Source of the DNA: an uncultured cyanobacterium
GTDB taxonomy: Bacteria > Cyanobacteriota > Cyanobacteriia > Cyanobacteriales > Nostocaceae
Reading direction: 5' to 3'
DNA: 64,000 nucleotides
NCBI GenBank assembly: GCA_963740315.1
Contig: CAVUDP010000003.1
Coordinates: 384,001 to 448,000, forward strand
Below are positions 41,797 through 51,598 of the stretch, one piece after another (within the stretch, counting starts at the first letter, position 1; every line of letters starts with the position of its first letter). Below the pieces are notes generated by a model. The model saw only the letters and a program-made list of their open reading frames with translations, was not told the DNA's origin and searched no databases. The position numbers and the translations under genes were made by a program.

Positions 41797-43618
41797 TTTC
41801 TAAAAATCTTCTAGCAATTATTCCCCAATCGGTTCGAGCATTCCGGGCATCTTCTTTGCGTTTACCATCGGGTTGTTCATCCTCATACCTTGCCCATGCC
41901 ATTAGTAGTAACTTCAACCCATCTAAAGAGTTAATCAAACGAGTACGTAAAGTATCCATATCGGCTTTATCTACATCCTCCTGTAAGATTTCTACTAAGT
42001 TTTTATAAGCAGGATGTTCGGTATTTAAAGTCACAATAATTGCTCCCCCTCTAGGTTTAACAGAGAAGAAAGCAGAACTATCAAGAGGAGCTTCGGCAAA
42101 GGTATATTTTAAACCGTCATCTACTGTAGTTGCTGCTAATAATTCGGCTTTTGCTTCAGTAACTCCTTCCTCTTTCAAAGTTTGTTGAATTACCTGTTTT
42201 CGTTCTTCTTTTGGCAATTCTTCATCTTTATCGCTTTTACCTTGATAACCTTGTGATTTGCGTTCTTTGGTAACGCTTGTAGCTATTTTGATAGGTTTGT
42301 AAGGATTATGACGTTTTTCGCTGGTACGAGTACCTTGAGTTTGTGCTTTGAGTAAGCGACGAATAACGCTTAGTTGAGTATTAATTTTATGAGCAAGTTC
42401 TAACAGAGGAAGTTTAGGATCTTCATCTTGGAGTAATTCTTCTTTGAGTTGAGCAACGGTTTTTCCTTCTTCTAATAAAGACTCAATATCCAGTTGCAAA
42501 ATTTCTGCAAAATTACGGGCTGATTGCTTATTATTAGTAACCCCAAAAATATCATCAAGAGATGGCGGAAATTCAACTTCAATTCCCCACCAGCGTTCTG
42601 TAGGGTCATAATTATTAACTAAGTTTTGGTCTAATTCTAATTCTCTTCCAGCACGAACAACCGAAACTCCAATATTCTTAGAAGCGTGTTGTCCGTGAGG
42701 CATACTTCCAGGGTTTTTTCCTGGTTCGGCTTGACGTGCTTCTTCTTTAGCGTAAGAAAAACGCACTTTCACATCATGTTGTTTCTCTTTAAAGTTAATA
42801 GTAAAAGTTGCTTCATAAGATGTATCGCCTTGCCAAGGTTGGAACATCGCTTGATTATTAAAAGGCGCAGCGCAAGAGGTTTTTTCCATTAAATAACCTG
42901 GGTCATTCGGAAGAGCATTTTTCTGAGTAATAACGCTATATAACGCATCTAAATCAAATGCCATCATCCGAATTTTGACTTCACCACTATTCAGAAATTT
43001 GCGATACATTCTACCAATCACAAATTCAGAGTTATCAATAATCGCTTTTCCAGTTCGCCAAATGCAACGGTCTATTTTTGACCAAACAACTAATGTTCCA
43101 CTATCACCAAAATTGTTCCCAAATTTCGTCCAAGTAGCCGGAATTTGTTTAGCAGATGGTTCGGGAACTTCAGTCATCCGACGACTTTTTATTTCATCTA
43201 AATCAAGGTAGCTATGTAGAGAATTTTCTATTCCATTTTGCCAACTCCACACATCTACCCGTTGACATTGAGAAATAGAAGAAGATGGTAAACCCATACC
43301 AAAACGACCTATGCCAGTATGTTTCTCTTCATCTAAATAACTACCATTACCAAATTGCAGCGCTAGACGTAAAATATCGGCATCCATACCGCACCCGTTA
43401 TCTAACACCGCGATTTGTTCGATACGCGACAGCCTTCTCTGGTTTATTTGTTGTTTGCGTTCCCCACAAAGTAACTCTACCCCAGATGCACCAGCTTGAA
43501 TGGCATTATCCATTAATTCGGCGATCGCATAAGCAGCATTTTTGTAGCCGTTGTCGCGCATTGCTTGTACTGCTAGATGAGCGGGGACAATATCATGAGG
43601 ATTTAGGCGTAAACCCAA
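41786..43618 (-). CDS. GHKL (MORC/Hsp90-like) ATPase
   Basis: 'AIAELMDNAIQA', 'DNGCGM', 'GRFGMG', 'SGT'; 'FGVTNNKQ'; late 'LNTEHPAY'. Confidence 0.85.
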   Translation of the reverse strand: MGLRLNPHDIVPAHLAVQAMRDNGYKNAAYAIAELMDNAIQAGASGVELLCGERKQQINQRRLSRIEQIAVLDNGCGMDADILRLALQFGNGSYLDEEKHTGIGRFGMGLPSSSISQCQRVDVWSWQNGIENSLHSYLDLDEIKSRRMTEVPEPSAKQIPATWTKFGNNFGDSGTLVVWSKIDRCIWRTGKAIIDNSEFVIGRMYRKFLNSGEVKIRMMAFDLDALYSVITQKNALPNDPGYLMEKTSCAAPFNNQAMFQPWQGDTSYEATFTINFKEKQHDVKVRFSYAKEEARQAEPGKNPGSMPHGQHASKNIGVSVVRAGRELELDQNLVNNYDPTERWWGIEVEFPPSLDDIFGVTNNKQSARNFAEILQLDIESLLEEGKTVAQLKEELLQDEDPKLPLLELAHKINTQLSVIRRLLKAQTQGTRTSEKRHNPYKPIKIATSVTKERKSQGYQGKSDKDEELPKEERKQVIQQTLKEEGVTEAKAELLAATTVDDGLKYTFAEAPLDSSAFFSVKPRGGAIIVTLNTEHPAYKNLVEILQEDVDKADMDTLRTRLINSLDGLKLLLMAWARYEDEQPDGKRKEDARNARTDWGIIARRFLENES

Positions 43619-44730
43619 TTAGCACTAAACCCCTGGTTACTTGCTAAAGTAATCAAAGGTTGTAGATTTGTTTCATAAGCATTAGTAAGAATTTCTAAAT
43701 TTAATAAGTCATCAACTTGATTAACTTTTAAGTCAGAGACAAAAGCTTCTGTATATTTTAACCAGTTATTTTCCGAGATATTTTGATGAGAAACACTTAA
43801 ACCTATATACTGCAAATTAACAAAATCTGAAAAATATATTTGAGATGGTAAATTATTAGATTTAGAAGAATTTACAGATTGTGTTGTCGGAATTAAATTC
43901 CAAAGTTGATCGTGTGCCACAAATGACCAAGGCAAATAATGGTCTAATGAAATTTCGTCTTTATTTAATTGAACTTCGGAGTAGATACATTTAATTTCTT
44001 GATAAGTTAAAACAGTTTTCCAATATTTAATTTGTTTGTTCAGAGAATCTCTTTGTTGTGGCATAAATAATTTATTAACCACGTTGGGAATATTAGGGTT
44101 TCTTTGCTGCATATACTTCAGCCATTCCCAAGAAGCCCATCCTCTAACTATTGTATAGTTTCTCTCTAAGTATTTAATCCAATCTGGATGTAGAATAATT
44201 GCGTTACAGTCTTTTCGTTTTTCAGCATTAAAACAGTATAAAGGCTTTTTGTTCTCGAATTGATTCTTAGATAAAGTAATAACTGCTAGATTTACATCAC
44301 TATCTTGAAATCCCCTAGTTTCTTCAGCAAAGAAAGGGCGAATTAAACGATAAGGAACATATTTACTAATAAATTTGACAATATCATCTATATTTTGCTC
44401 GCTAATAGTTGTACGTAAAAGTTTCTTGTCCGTATCCCTAAATTTTAAAATTGGTTCCGTAATTTCTAATTCAAGAGAATTAAGCTTTTTTGATATATGG
44501 TCTTGAGTTCCAAAAGAGAGTTTAAAATAATTATGGGGATACCAAGCATTAGCCAGCATTTCAACAATGATGTCTTGAAAACTAATTGGTGATAAAATAT
44601 CAAAATTTTCTCTTCTAAGAATATCTAATAATGATAAAAAATAAAGGTATTTATAGGAATTAGTTGTTGATTCAAATAATCTTGATAATGCGGAGATATC
44701 TAAACTGTCATCATTTGGTAATTGATACAT
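43603..44730 (-). CDS. HNH endonuclease with large N-terminal domain
   Basis: 'CIYS...LDHYLPWS...WNLIPT...N..KSN'; N-terminal 'TNSYKYLYFLSLL'. Confidence 0.85.
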   Translation of the reverse strand: MYQLPNDDSLDISALSRLFESTTNSYKYLYFLSLLDILRRENFDILSPISFQDIIVEMLANAWYPHNYFKLSFGTQDHISKKLNSLELEITEPILKFRDTDKKLLRTTISEQNIDDIVKFISKYVPYRLIRPFFAEETRGFQDSDVNLAVITLSKNQFENKKPLYCFNAEKRKDCNAIILHPDWIKYLERNYTIVRGWASWEWLKYMQQRNPNIPNVVNKLFMPQQRDSLNKQIKYWKTVLTYQEIKCIYSEVQLNKDEISLDHYLPWSFVAHDQLWNLIPTTQSVNSSKSNNLPSQIYFSDFVNLQYIGLSVSHQNISENNWLKYTEAFVSDLKVNQVDDLLNLEILTNAYETNLQPLITLASNQGFSANWVYA

Positions 44731-44771
44731 CTTCTATAATTCAAATGACACCTTATAGAAATCTAAACTAT

Positions 44772-45425
44772 TTAATTAACATCTTCAATACCCTTCCCCA
44801 ACTGCTTCAAAATCTTCAGCACATCGTAAAGCTCATTCTGTAAAGGCAACAGCGAAAAAACACGAGAAATATCATATTGAGGTGTTCCCTGATGATTTAG
44901 CTTCAAAAAAAAGAAGTCTCCTCCATTTGTTGCGATCGCAAACACGGGTTTTTTAGCATAGGGATTAGCCATCATATAAGCTAAAGTTTGGGGAATTGCC
45001 ATATCGAGGTTAATTTCTGTTTCCTTCGATTCCAAAACCGCTATCCACAATCCTTTGGAAACTACTAAAAAATCAATCCTTCCTCGCAAGATTTCATCAC
45101 ACACTTCACTCGTCGCTATTGATGTTCTAATTTCAACAGCAACTTCCCCTTGCATTAAATAAGGAGGATCGTAAAAACCCGCTAACTCTAGTAAGGGTGA
45201 TAAAACTAATAAGTTAACTAAACTCTCAGCTAGATTTCCATTAGCTCGATGATAGCGATATCTGGCTTTAATTCTGTCTAAGACTGCTTTTTCTGCATCG
45301 CTTATATCTGCTAAATTTTCTCTCCATTCCGTGAAGAAATTGACATCAGCACTACGAACTAAATTAAATTGCTTTTCTGCTTCCGCAATTGTGGTAATTC
45401 TTTTAGTAATTACGGTTTGAGTCAT
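44772..45425 (-). CDS. HsdR-N-like PD-(D/E)XK restriction-fold protein
   Basis: 'E..V...LSPLL..AGF', 'GRIDFLV...VLESK', 'PQTLAYM', 'TNG'. Confidence 0.75.
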   Translation of the reverse strand: MTQTVITKRITTIAEAEKQFNLVRSADVNFFTEWRENLADISDAEKAVLDRIKARYRYHRANGNLAESLVNLLVLSPLLELAGFYDPPYLMQGEVAVEIRTSIATSEVCDEILRGRIDFLVVSKGLWIAVLESKETEINLDMAIPQTLAYMMANPYAKKPVFAIATNGGDFFFLKLNHQGTPQYDISRVFSLLPLQNELYDVLKILKQLGKGIEDVN

Positions 45426-45536
45426 TCTATTTTAGATTTTAGATTTTAGATTTTAGATTTACGATTTTTTTATCTTCTTTAAATAAGAGGTTTGCTGCTA
45501 AATTGGATTTCTAATCTAAAATTCCGGCATCAAAAA

Positions 45537-46337
45537 TTATAAATGACAAGCTAAACAAGGTAAATCATCATCTTCTTCATCTAAAATCGCTTCTAATGAT
45601 TCAGCTAAAGGACGATTTGGAGCAGCTTTTTTTTCTTTAGCCATCAATTTATTATGGTTAGCAATAATTTCATCCTTACGTTCTAAAAGTTCTAAAAGCG
45701 TCTCTCCTTCAGTCCAGGTATAGGTTCTACCGTCTTTATGATTCGATTCATATTTAACTGCTTCTTGAAATAAATCGGGATGTTCTTGGGCTAACATTAC
45801 CCATTCATACTTGCGTTGGAAAAAGCAGAAGAAGCATCCAGAGCGACTTCTCCAGCGATAATAGTCGGGGAGTCCAATTCCGCTATCTTCTAATAACTGG
45901 AGGATATCAGCTTTTACTAAACCCCTTTCCTTAAAGGGAAACACGGGTTTAATATTTGGTTTAGTTGACATATAACCATCACGGTTTTCATCAGCACGAA
46001 TGCCAATGTAACTAATCGCTTCGTCATTTCCGACAAAATCTTCAAAAGGCTTAATTTTCATCTTGACGGTACACCAACGCATTTTCGGCGAAGGTAATAA
46101 ACCATCATGAATCGCTAACCAATGATCGAAGCCTCTTTTTTCACTGAGATAATGAATTTTGATACCCAGACGTGCTTTAATGCGGTCAAGATAATCGTAA
46201 GTTTCCTGTAATTCCTTATGGGTATCGCAAAAGAAATATTCCATATCTGGAATTTCCTTGTGCAGCAATATCGCTAAAGCCGTACTATCCTTACCTCCTG
46301 ATAAACCCAATATATGTCTAACTTTTTTCTTTGCCAT
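45537..46337 (-). CDS. PAPS-reductase-family protein (SspD-like)
   Basis: PP-loop 'SGGKDS', 'RWCT', 'GIRADE', 'SRSGCFFC', C-terminal 'CLACHL'. Confidence 0.85.
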   Translation of the reverse strand: MAKKKVRHILGLSGGKDSTALAILLHKEIPDMEYFFCDTHKELQETYDYLDRIKARLGIKIHYLSEKRGFDHWLAIHDGLLPSPKMRWCTVKMKIKPFEDFVGNDEAISYIGIRADENRDGYMSTKPNIKPVFPFKERGLVKADILQLLEDSGIGLPDYYRWRSRSGCFFCFFQRKYEWVMLAQEHPDLFQEAVKYESNHKDGRTYTWTEGETLLELLERKDEIIANHNKLMAKEKKAAPNRPLAESLEAILDEEDDDLPCLACHL

Positions 46338-46547
46338 GCTTATTTTTGAATGCTTTTTGGCAAGTATATTAACAGCTAAAGCATCTTAGCAAATGTTGAC
46401 AAGCGATATGTAGCGTTTTTAGTAAATGTTAAGAAACGCTTAGTGCGATCGCTGATTATACGATGTGTTTATAAACTAACCAATTGCGCTTTTATACATT
46501 ACACCATTCCTGTATAAAATTGACAGTATTTTCACAAATTACAGATG

Positions 46548-46862
46548 GTGCGTGACGCTATAAATTTTGTAAGCACGTACACAAATTATCAAAACGTCAC
46601 ACACTAGGGTGTTGATTTTGATAAAATTTCCGCGCTTAAAGTTCATACCCCTATCCCTCACCCCGCCCTTACGGGCACCCCTCTCCCAAGCTTGGGAGAG
46701 GGGCTGGGGGAGAGGGCTTTATCTTAAATGCGAACGCGGTTTTTGCATGATTTTTGACTCCCTAAAAAGCCACAGAGTCAACACCCGGCGTCACACACCC
46801 GACAAAGAAATTCTCAACCCGCGCAGGCGGGTTTTGCTTGTGTAGTAGCGGTTTCAACCGCC
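46548..46862. mobile_element. MITE-like element nested in REP palindromes
   Basis: Inverted ends ggtgttgattttg (46608-46620) / cagagtcaacacc (46773-46785), internal cccctctcccaagcttgggagagggg palindrome, cgtcacacac on both sides. Confidence 0.55.
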
Positions 46863-46969
46863 AGGTTTTAACCAAATTTTGTTTCTTTCCCCTTCACCTT
46901 TTTCCGAGAAAGATTTTCTTCAATCTTGGTAACTCCTTCTCCCAAACCAGCATTTAAAATCCGTTCGTT

Positions 46970-49900
46970 CTACTTTGCTAAAACTGCTTGTCGTAACTGC
47001 TTGTCGTCAGGTAACTCACTGAGAATTTTATCAACAATCTTATCAACCTGCGATTCTGTGCCACGATCTACCCATACCATTTGATGAATTTCTTGACCAT
47101 CTGGATGAGTCATTGTAATCCGTCGTGCTTCAAAACCTTCGCCTTTAGCTGCAACTTCTTTTTGCACAACTTCCAGATTTTTAAACCGTCGCACCAAATC
47201 TGCTAATTTCATTTCAAAAGCAGTTACATCTTCATCCGTCCATGATTCAGCAGGTTTATCCGCAACAATCATTACCAAAGCTTCTAACCACTGAGTATCG
47301 CTGACGTTTTCATCTGAAGCTGCTTGAGTAAAGCGTTTTAATAAAGGTTCAATACATTTTCCGGCTAAATAATTTGCTCTAACCCGCAAATCTTCCCTAA
47401 GTTTCGTTTCCTTACTTCTAATTCCAAAGGCTTCATAAAGAAGTTTTTGACAATCACTTAATAGACTATCGTAAGCTGTATGAATTTCTCTGAGAGCATG
47501 AACTAACTTAATGCGTAAATTTTTAGCAGTTTTACCATCATCTTCTGCTTCAGTACCAATTGCTGGTAAATTACAAGCTTCTGGTAAAGCTTTAAATAAC
47601 AATTCATCGGGTTCAACAGTAGTTTGCAATGCCCTTAAAATTGCTCTGGCTTCATCTTCAATTAGTTGGGTTTGTTGAGTATACTTAGGCAGTTTCTTAA
47701 CAAATTGATAAAGAGGCGTTACCACCGTTAACAAAGTTGCATTACGAACTTTACTTAACTTCTTTAACTGAGGATTGCGTAAAATTGCTTCAAGTTCTTT
47801 GAATACTTCTGCCCTTAATCCCACTACTGCAAAATACTTGACTGCAAAACGTTCGGGATATTTGATTAACAATTCAAAATGTTCCATTCCCAATACCGGA
47901 ATAAACGTACCATCTTGATAAAGTCCCAAATCATCGGCGTGATACAGCAGTACCGCAGCTAAAATTACTGGAATTGCTCCTTGCTTAACACCGTAGGGAG
48001 GTAATGCTAAACCTTGATAAAGTACATCAAAAGTTTGGCTAGTTTCCGTTGCTTCTAAACAAAAATCCTCAATGACTTGCCATAGATAACTCAATCCTGA
48101 ATCTTCTAACGGTGGATAAAATTCCCAATACTCATCTTCATTTTCCTTATCATGAATCCCCGTTTCTTCTAACAGAGAATAATACATACATACTTCGGGA
48201 CCATAACCTTCTAAACCTAACTTTTCTTGATTTTGATGTTCTAACATCGCTTGAATCAATTCTCGCCGAGCTTTTGCTCCTTGAGACGTTAAATCTCGAC
48301 GGTTAATTAATTCATTCCATATAATTGGGCTGCGATGATAAACTTTATCGCAAATCTCTGAAAGTTTGCTATTGAAATCAGTAATGCTGTTAAGCTTTTC
48401 TACTTTTCCTTCTATCCAACATTGCTGAGAAACCCCTATACTAAATGCCTGGTTTAAAGTTTCATTTAAAGATTTTTCGGCTTCTCGCAAACGATAATTG
48501 ACTTCTTTCCTCGCTACCCCATCACTTTGCAATTCATTAGCTGTTTTTTTGACATTACTTAAAGCCACGAATTCTAAAGTACGAATTCTCAAAATATCTA
48601 AATTAGCCGCACTTAAAATGACTAATGGCTTACCATCAGTAGTTGTAGAAGGAACGGAATCCGGGAGTTGTTCATCTACCCAATACCCCACACAACCATC
48701 TGCATCTAAATTATTACAACGTAATTGACTCAAATCTAGGGAATTATCTAAATAATGCCGTTCAAAATAACGTAAAGTTCCGGTTTTATAACTGTGACGC
48801 TGCGCTACTAAAGGTTTTTGATAGCGGTGGAGAGATAACAGTTTAACTAAAGGCGATCGCTCTTGTTCGATGTAAGTACTCAACTCGCTGTCAACGTTAA
48901 AATCAGAACCTTGCCAAATCCGCAATTCATCTAATTGACGACGGTGAGTAATTAAATTTTGCTTCAGAAGCCCATCAATCACCTGCAACCAGTAATTAAT
49001 CTGCTCTTCAGAAGGGCGATCGCACATTGCTAAGGAAACTAAAGTCTTTGTAGCTCGCATTGAACCTGTAATGGTAATTAGGTTCAAAATACCAATAGTT
49101 TTTAATACCCTCAGACTATCTTCTTCTAAGCGTTTAGCATCACTAATTAAATCTTGAATTTCTACCCATCTTTGCAAATTTGGACGAGAAGTTAAACCCA
49201 TTCCTGCGGCTTCAATGAAATAGTCATAAACTCTATATAATTTAAGACTAGGAATATTATCATTTTCAACGCTTACTTCTTCCAGAAAATTGCGAAATGA
49301 TAAAGGTTCGCTACTAGTTAAAAATGTGAATAAAGAACGGTCATTTTGAGCATAGCGTTGACATAGGGTTGGTAATACCAGAGCCGTCAAAGGATGTAAA
49401 GGATAAACTTCTTCTACAATATTAGAATCTATCTCTTCTTCAACAATAATGGGTTGTAAATAATCAAACCATTCCTGAGAATTATGATGAATTGCAAAAC
49501 TCATTGCTTCTGCGGCTGAAGAGTCAATTGCTTGAGAAATTAACCTCATCATTTGTCCGGCTGATTCAGTAAAAGGAATATCTTCAAATCTTCCTTGAAT
49601 CTTTGCCCATTCGTTTTTTTGAACGGCAGCTAATCTTTGACTATATTCTGCAAAAGCTTGATGTAAAATGCCTAAAAGATAAATAGGTGTTTTGCTATCT
49701 TTTGGTAATTCAGCTAGTTGTTGTAAAAGGTATAAATCTTCTGCTCCTTGATAATAAGAAGCATATTCCAAATTTTTACCAAGTTCATCAATTACAAGTA
49801 AAATCCCAGTTTTAGATTCTTTGGCAACTTCTAAAACTAACTCAGGAATTTCTCTACTATCAATTAATTTACCATCATTAATTTCTGTTTCTAAATCAAC

Positions 49901-50398
49901 TAATTTACGAACAACATTAATTTGATTTTTCTGGGCATCAGTCCAGAAATTATTAACACCTATCAATAAAGCTCTAATAATAGTATGACTAATCGGTTCC
50001 CTTTGTCCTGTAGCAACAGCCCTAATTAATCCTTTAGAGTTAACTTTTCCTTTAATTAATTGACAAATATCACTTTCTTCTCCTAATGCTTCTTCAGCTA
50101 TTGATAAAGCTTGAGCGTGCATCTTATTTTTAGAATTAGCACATAGCGAAATTAAGTAATGAGCAAAAGCTGATTTACCCGTACCGTAAACACTGGTTAA
50201 TGTCCAAGCTCTATTTCCTTCATCAGCACTGAAAGCATTTAAAATTCGTTCTAGAGATTCAATAGCTCTTTTAGTTAAAATATAGCCTTCTAATGCTTCA
50301 ACATTCTCTAAATCTCTTTCTAAGTTAATTGAACGAGAATAGCGACGCTGAAGACTAAAATAATCAGATAGTTTTTTGTTAGTCATAGTTTTATTCAT
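46970..50398 (-). CDS. Large P-loop ATPase (SspC-like)
   Basis: 'RSINLERD', Walker A 'SVYGTGKS', Walker B 'LLVIDELGK', 'EWAKIQGRF', 'YPLHP', 'AQNDRSLFTFL'; directly follows the DUF4007 gene. Confidence 0.82.
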   Translation of the reverse strand: MNKTMTNKKLSDYFSLQRRYSRSINLERDLENVEALEGYILTKRAIESLERILNAFSADEGNRAWTLTSVYGTGKSAFAHYLISLCANSKNKMHAQALSIAEEALGEESDICQLIKGKVNSKGLIRAVATGQREPISHTIIRALLIGVNNFWTDAQKNQINVVRKLVDLETEINDGKLIDSREIPELVLEVAKESKTGILLVIDELGKNLEYASYYQGAEDLYLLQQLAELPKDSKTPIYLLGILHQAFAEYSQRLAAVQKNEWAKIQGRFEDIPFTESAGQMMRLISQAIDSSAAEAMSFAIHHNSQEWFDYLQPIIVEEEIDSNIVEEVYPLHPLTALVLPTLCQRYAQNDRSLFTFLTSSEPLSFRNFLEEVSVENDNIPSLKLYRVYDYFIEAAGMGLTSRPNLQRWVEIQDLISDAKRLEEDSLRVLKTIGILNLITITGSMRATKTLVSLAMCDRPSEEQINYWLQVIDGLLKQNLITHRRQLDELRIWQGSDFNVDSELSTYIEQERSPLVKLLSLHRYQKPLVAQRHSYKTGTLRYFERHYLDNSLDLSQLRCNNLDADGCVGYWVDEQLPDSVPSTTTDGKPLVILSAANLDILRIRTLEFVALSNVKKTANELQSDGVARKEVNYRLREAEKSLNETLNQAFSIGVSQQCWIEGKVEKLNSITDFNSKLSEICDKVYHRSPIIWNELINRRDLTSQGAKARRELIQAMLEHQNQEKLGLEGYGPEVCMYYSLLEETGIHDKENEDEYWEFYPPLEDSGLSYLWQVIEDFCLEATETSQTFDVLYQGLALPPYGVKQGAIPVILAAVLLYHADDLGLYQDGTFIPVLGMEHFELLIKYPERFAVKYFAVVGLRAEVFKELEAILRNPQLKKLSKVRNATLLTVVTPLYQFVKKLPKYTQQTQLIEDEARAILRALQTTVEPDELLFKALPEACNLPAIGTEAEDDGKTAKNLRIKLVHALREIHTAYDSLLSDCQKLLYEAFGIRSKETKLREDLRVRANYLAGKCIEPLLKRFTQAASDENVSDTQWLEALVMIVADKPAESWTDEDVTAFEMKLADLVRRFKNLEVVQKEVAAKGEGFEARRITMTHPDGQEIHQMVWVDRGTESQVDKIVDKILSELPDDKQLRQAVLAK

Positions 50399-50434
50399 AT
50401 TTTTACTGCTCGATCGAGCAAAACAGATCGACGC

Positions 50435-51352
50435 TTAAGAATTATAGTATTTTTCTAAAATATCTTGAGACAAAGTTTCTGGTTCTTTAGTAAACGATAA
50501 TTGAATTAAACCTGCGGTATCGGAAAGAATTATCGAATTAAATTCCTTAGCAACCGTCTCAATCGCTTCACATAAAATATTTTCGGTTAATTTAAATACC
50601 ATTCCTGGACTACCTTCGTCATAAAGTAAACGAGGAATATTAATTGTCCTTTCCTTTCCTTTAAGGTTTAACCAACTAGCGTATTCTAAACAAGTAGCAA
50701 CTATAATTGACGCGGATAAATTTGCTTTTTCACCAATTTTAAACTGATAATATCTACCAAAGCTACGAATTAAACCAAGTTCATTAAAAGGAGAATCAAT
50801 AGAATCTTCAATTGGGGTATTTTTTTTCAGAAAATCTTGTGAAGCATACATTCGTAAAATACAGCTTACATCTTTTATCAAAGAAGATTCTGCAATAGTT
50901 TTATTGAAGGTACCTGTATATTCCTGAAGCCCCGCTAAAATATCTTCTTTTGTAAACTCAAAACCTCGAAAATTATTAAAAATATAATACCAAGCAGCTG
51001 CTTCACAAGTAGGTTTTAATAAATTCCAATGCAATAACCATAAAGAAGCTGGATTTTCTAAATAAGGGTCCCATCCATCATTTCCTAAAAGTTTTTCTCC
51101 AAATACTGTTGGTGAATTATTCTTATCAATAACTTTGAAAGCAGTACACCAGTAGCGAATAGAGCGCACCATATTTTTACCAACACCTAAACGTACAGGA
51201 GCATCATCCTGTAAGAAAATTCCTGGTTTTTTTGTAACAGCATCAAATCCTTTTTTCAACCAGCCAAAACGAGGGTGAAAAGTTTCATGATTTGCAAAAA
51301 CTGGATTTACTGGATTCTCAAGATGTTTGAAATTTATAGAAGTTTGAATCAT
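50435..51352 (-). CDS. DUF4007-family protein (SspB-like)
   Basis: 'FANHETFHPRFGWLKKG', 'LGVGKNMVRSIRYW', 'DPYLE...LWLLHW', 'SPFNELGLI'. Confidence 0.85.
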   Translation of the reverse strand: MIQTSINFKHLENPVNPVFANHETFHPRFGWLKKGFDAVTKKPGIFLQDDAPVRLGVGKNMVRSIRYWCTAFKVIDKNNSPTVFGEKLLGNDGWDPYLENPASLWLLHWNLLKPTCEAAAWYYIFNNFRGFEFTKEDILAGLQEYTGTFNKTIAESSLIKDVSCILRMYASQDFLKKNTPIEDSIDSPFNELGLIRSFGRYYQFKIGEKANLSASIIVATCLEYASWLNLKGKERTINIPRLLYDEGSPGMVFKLTENILCEAIETVAKEFNSIILSDTAGLIQLSFTKEPETLSQDILEKYYNS

Positions 51353-51598
51353 GACAAGACGGATATAATAGCAACTATCTTAGATATTATGACTCAAAGA
51401 AGACGATATTTATTCATCATGGTGCGCTGCCCTTTACGACAACACACCCTACAATTTTTATAGCTTCAAGTGCAATACTTTGAAACGCGAACAAGTTTGC
51501 TTGCACATTAAACAAAGCTACCGATTAGCAAATATCTAATAAATAGCCAATGATATCTTAATTAAACAATGGCATTGAATAATATTTAAAATTAAAAA

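Noticed and set aside
44772..45425. Definite core member of the defence module
   Set aside because: It belongs to a family common in cyanobacteria (another fragment at 25030) and is preceded by STRR repeats, so it may be an independent insertion; left as uncertain.
45537..51352. BREX type 4 or classical dndBCDE system
   Set aside because: No pglZ or brxL, and no DndB, SMC-like DndD or DndE recognised; separate DUF4007, ATPase, short PAPS reductase and desulfurase genes fit the Ssp type better.
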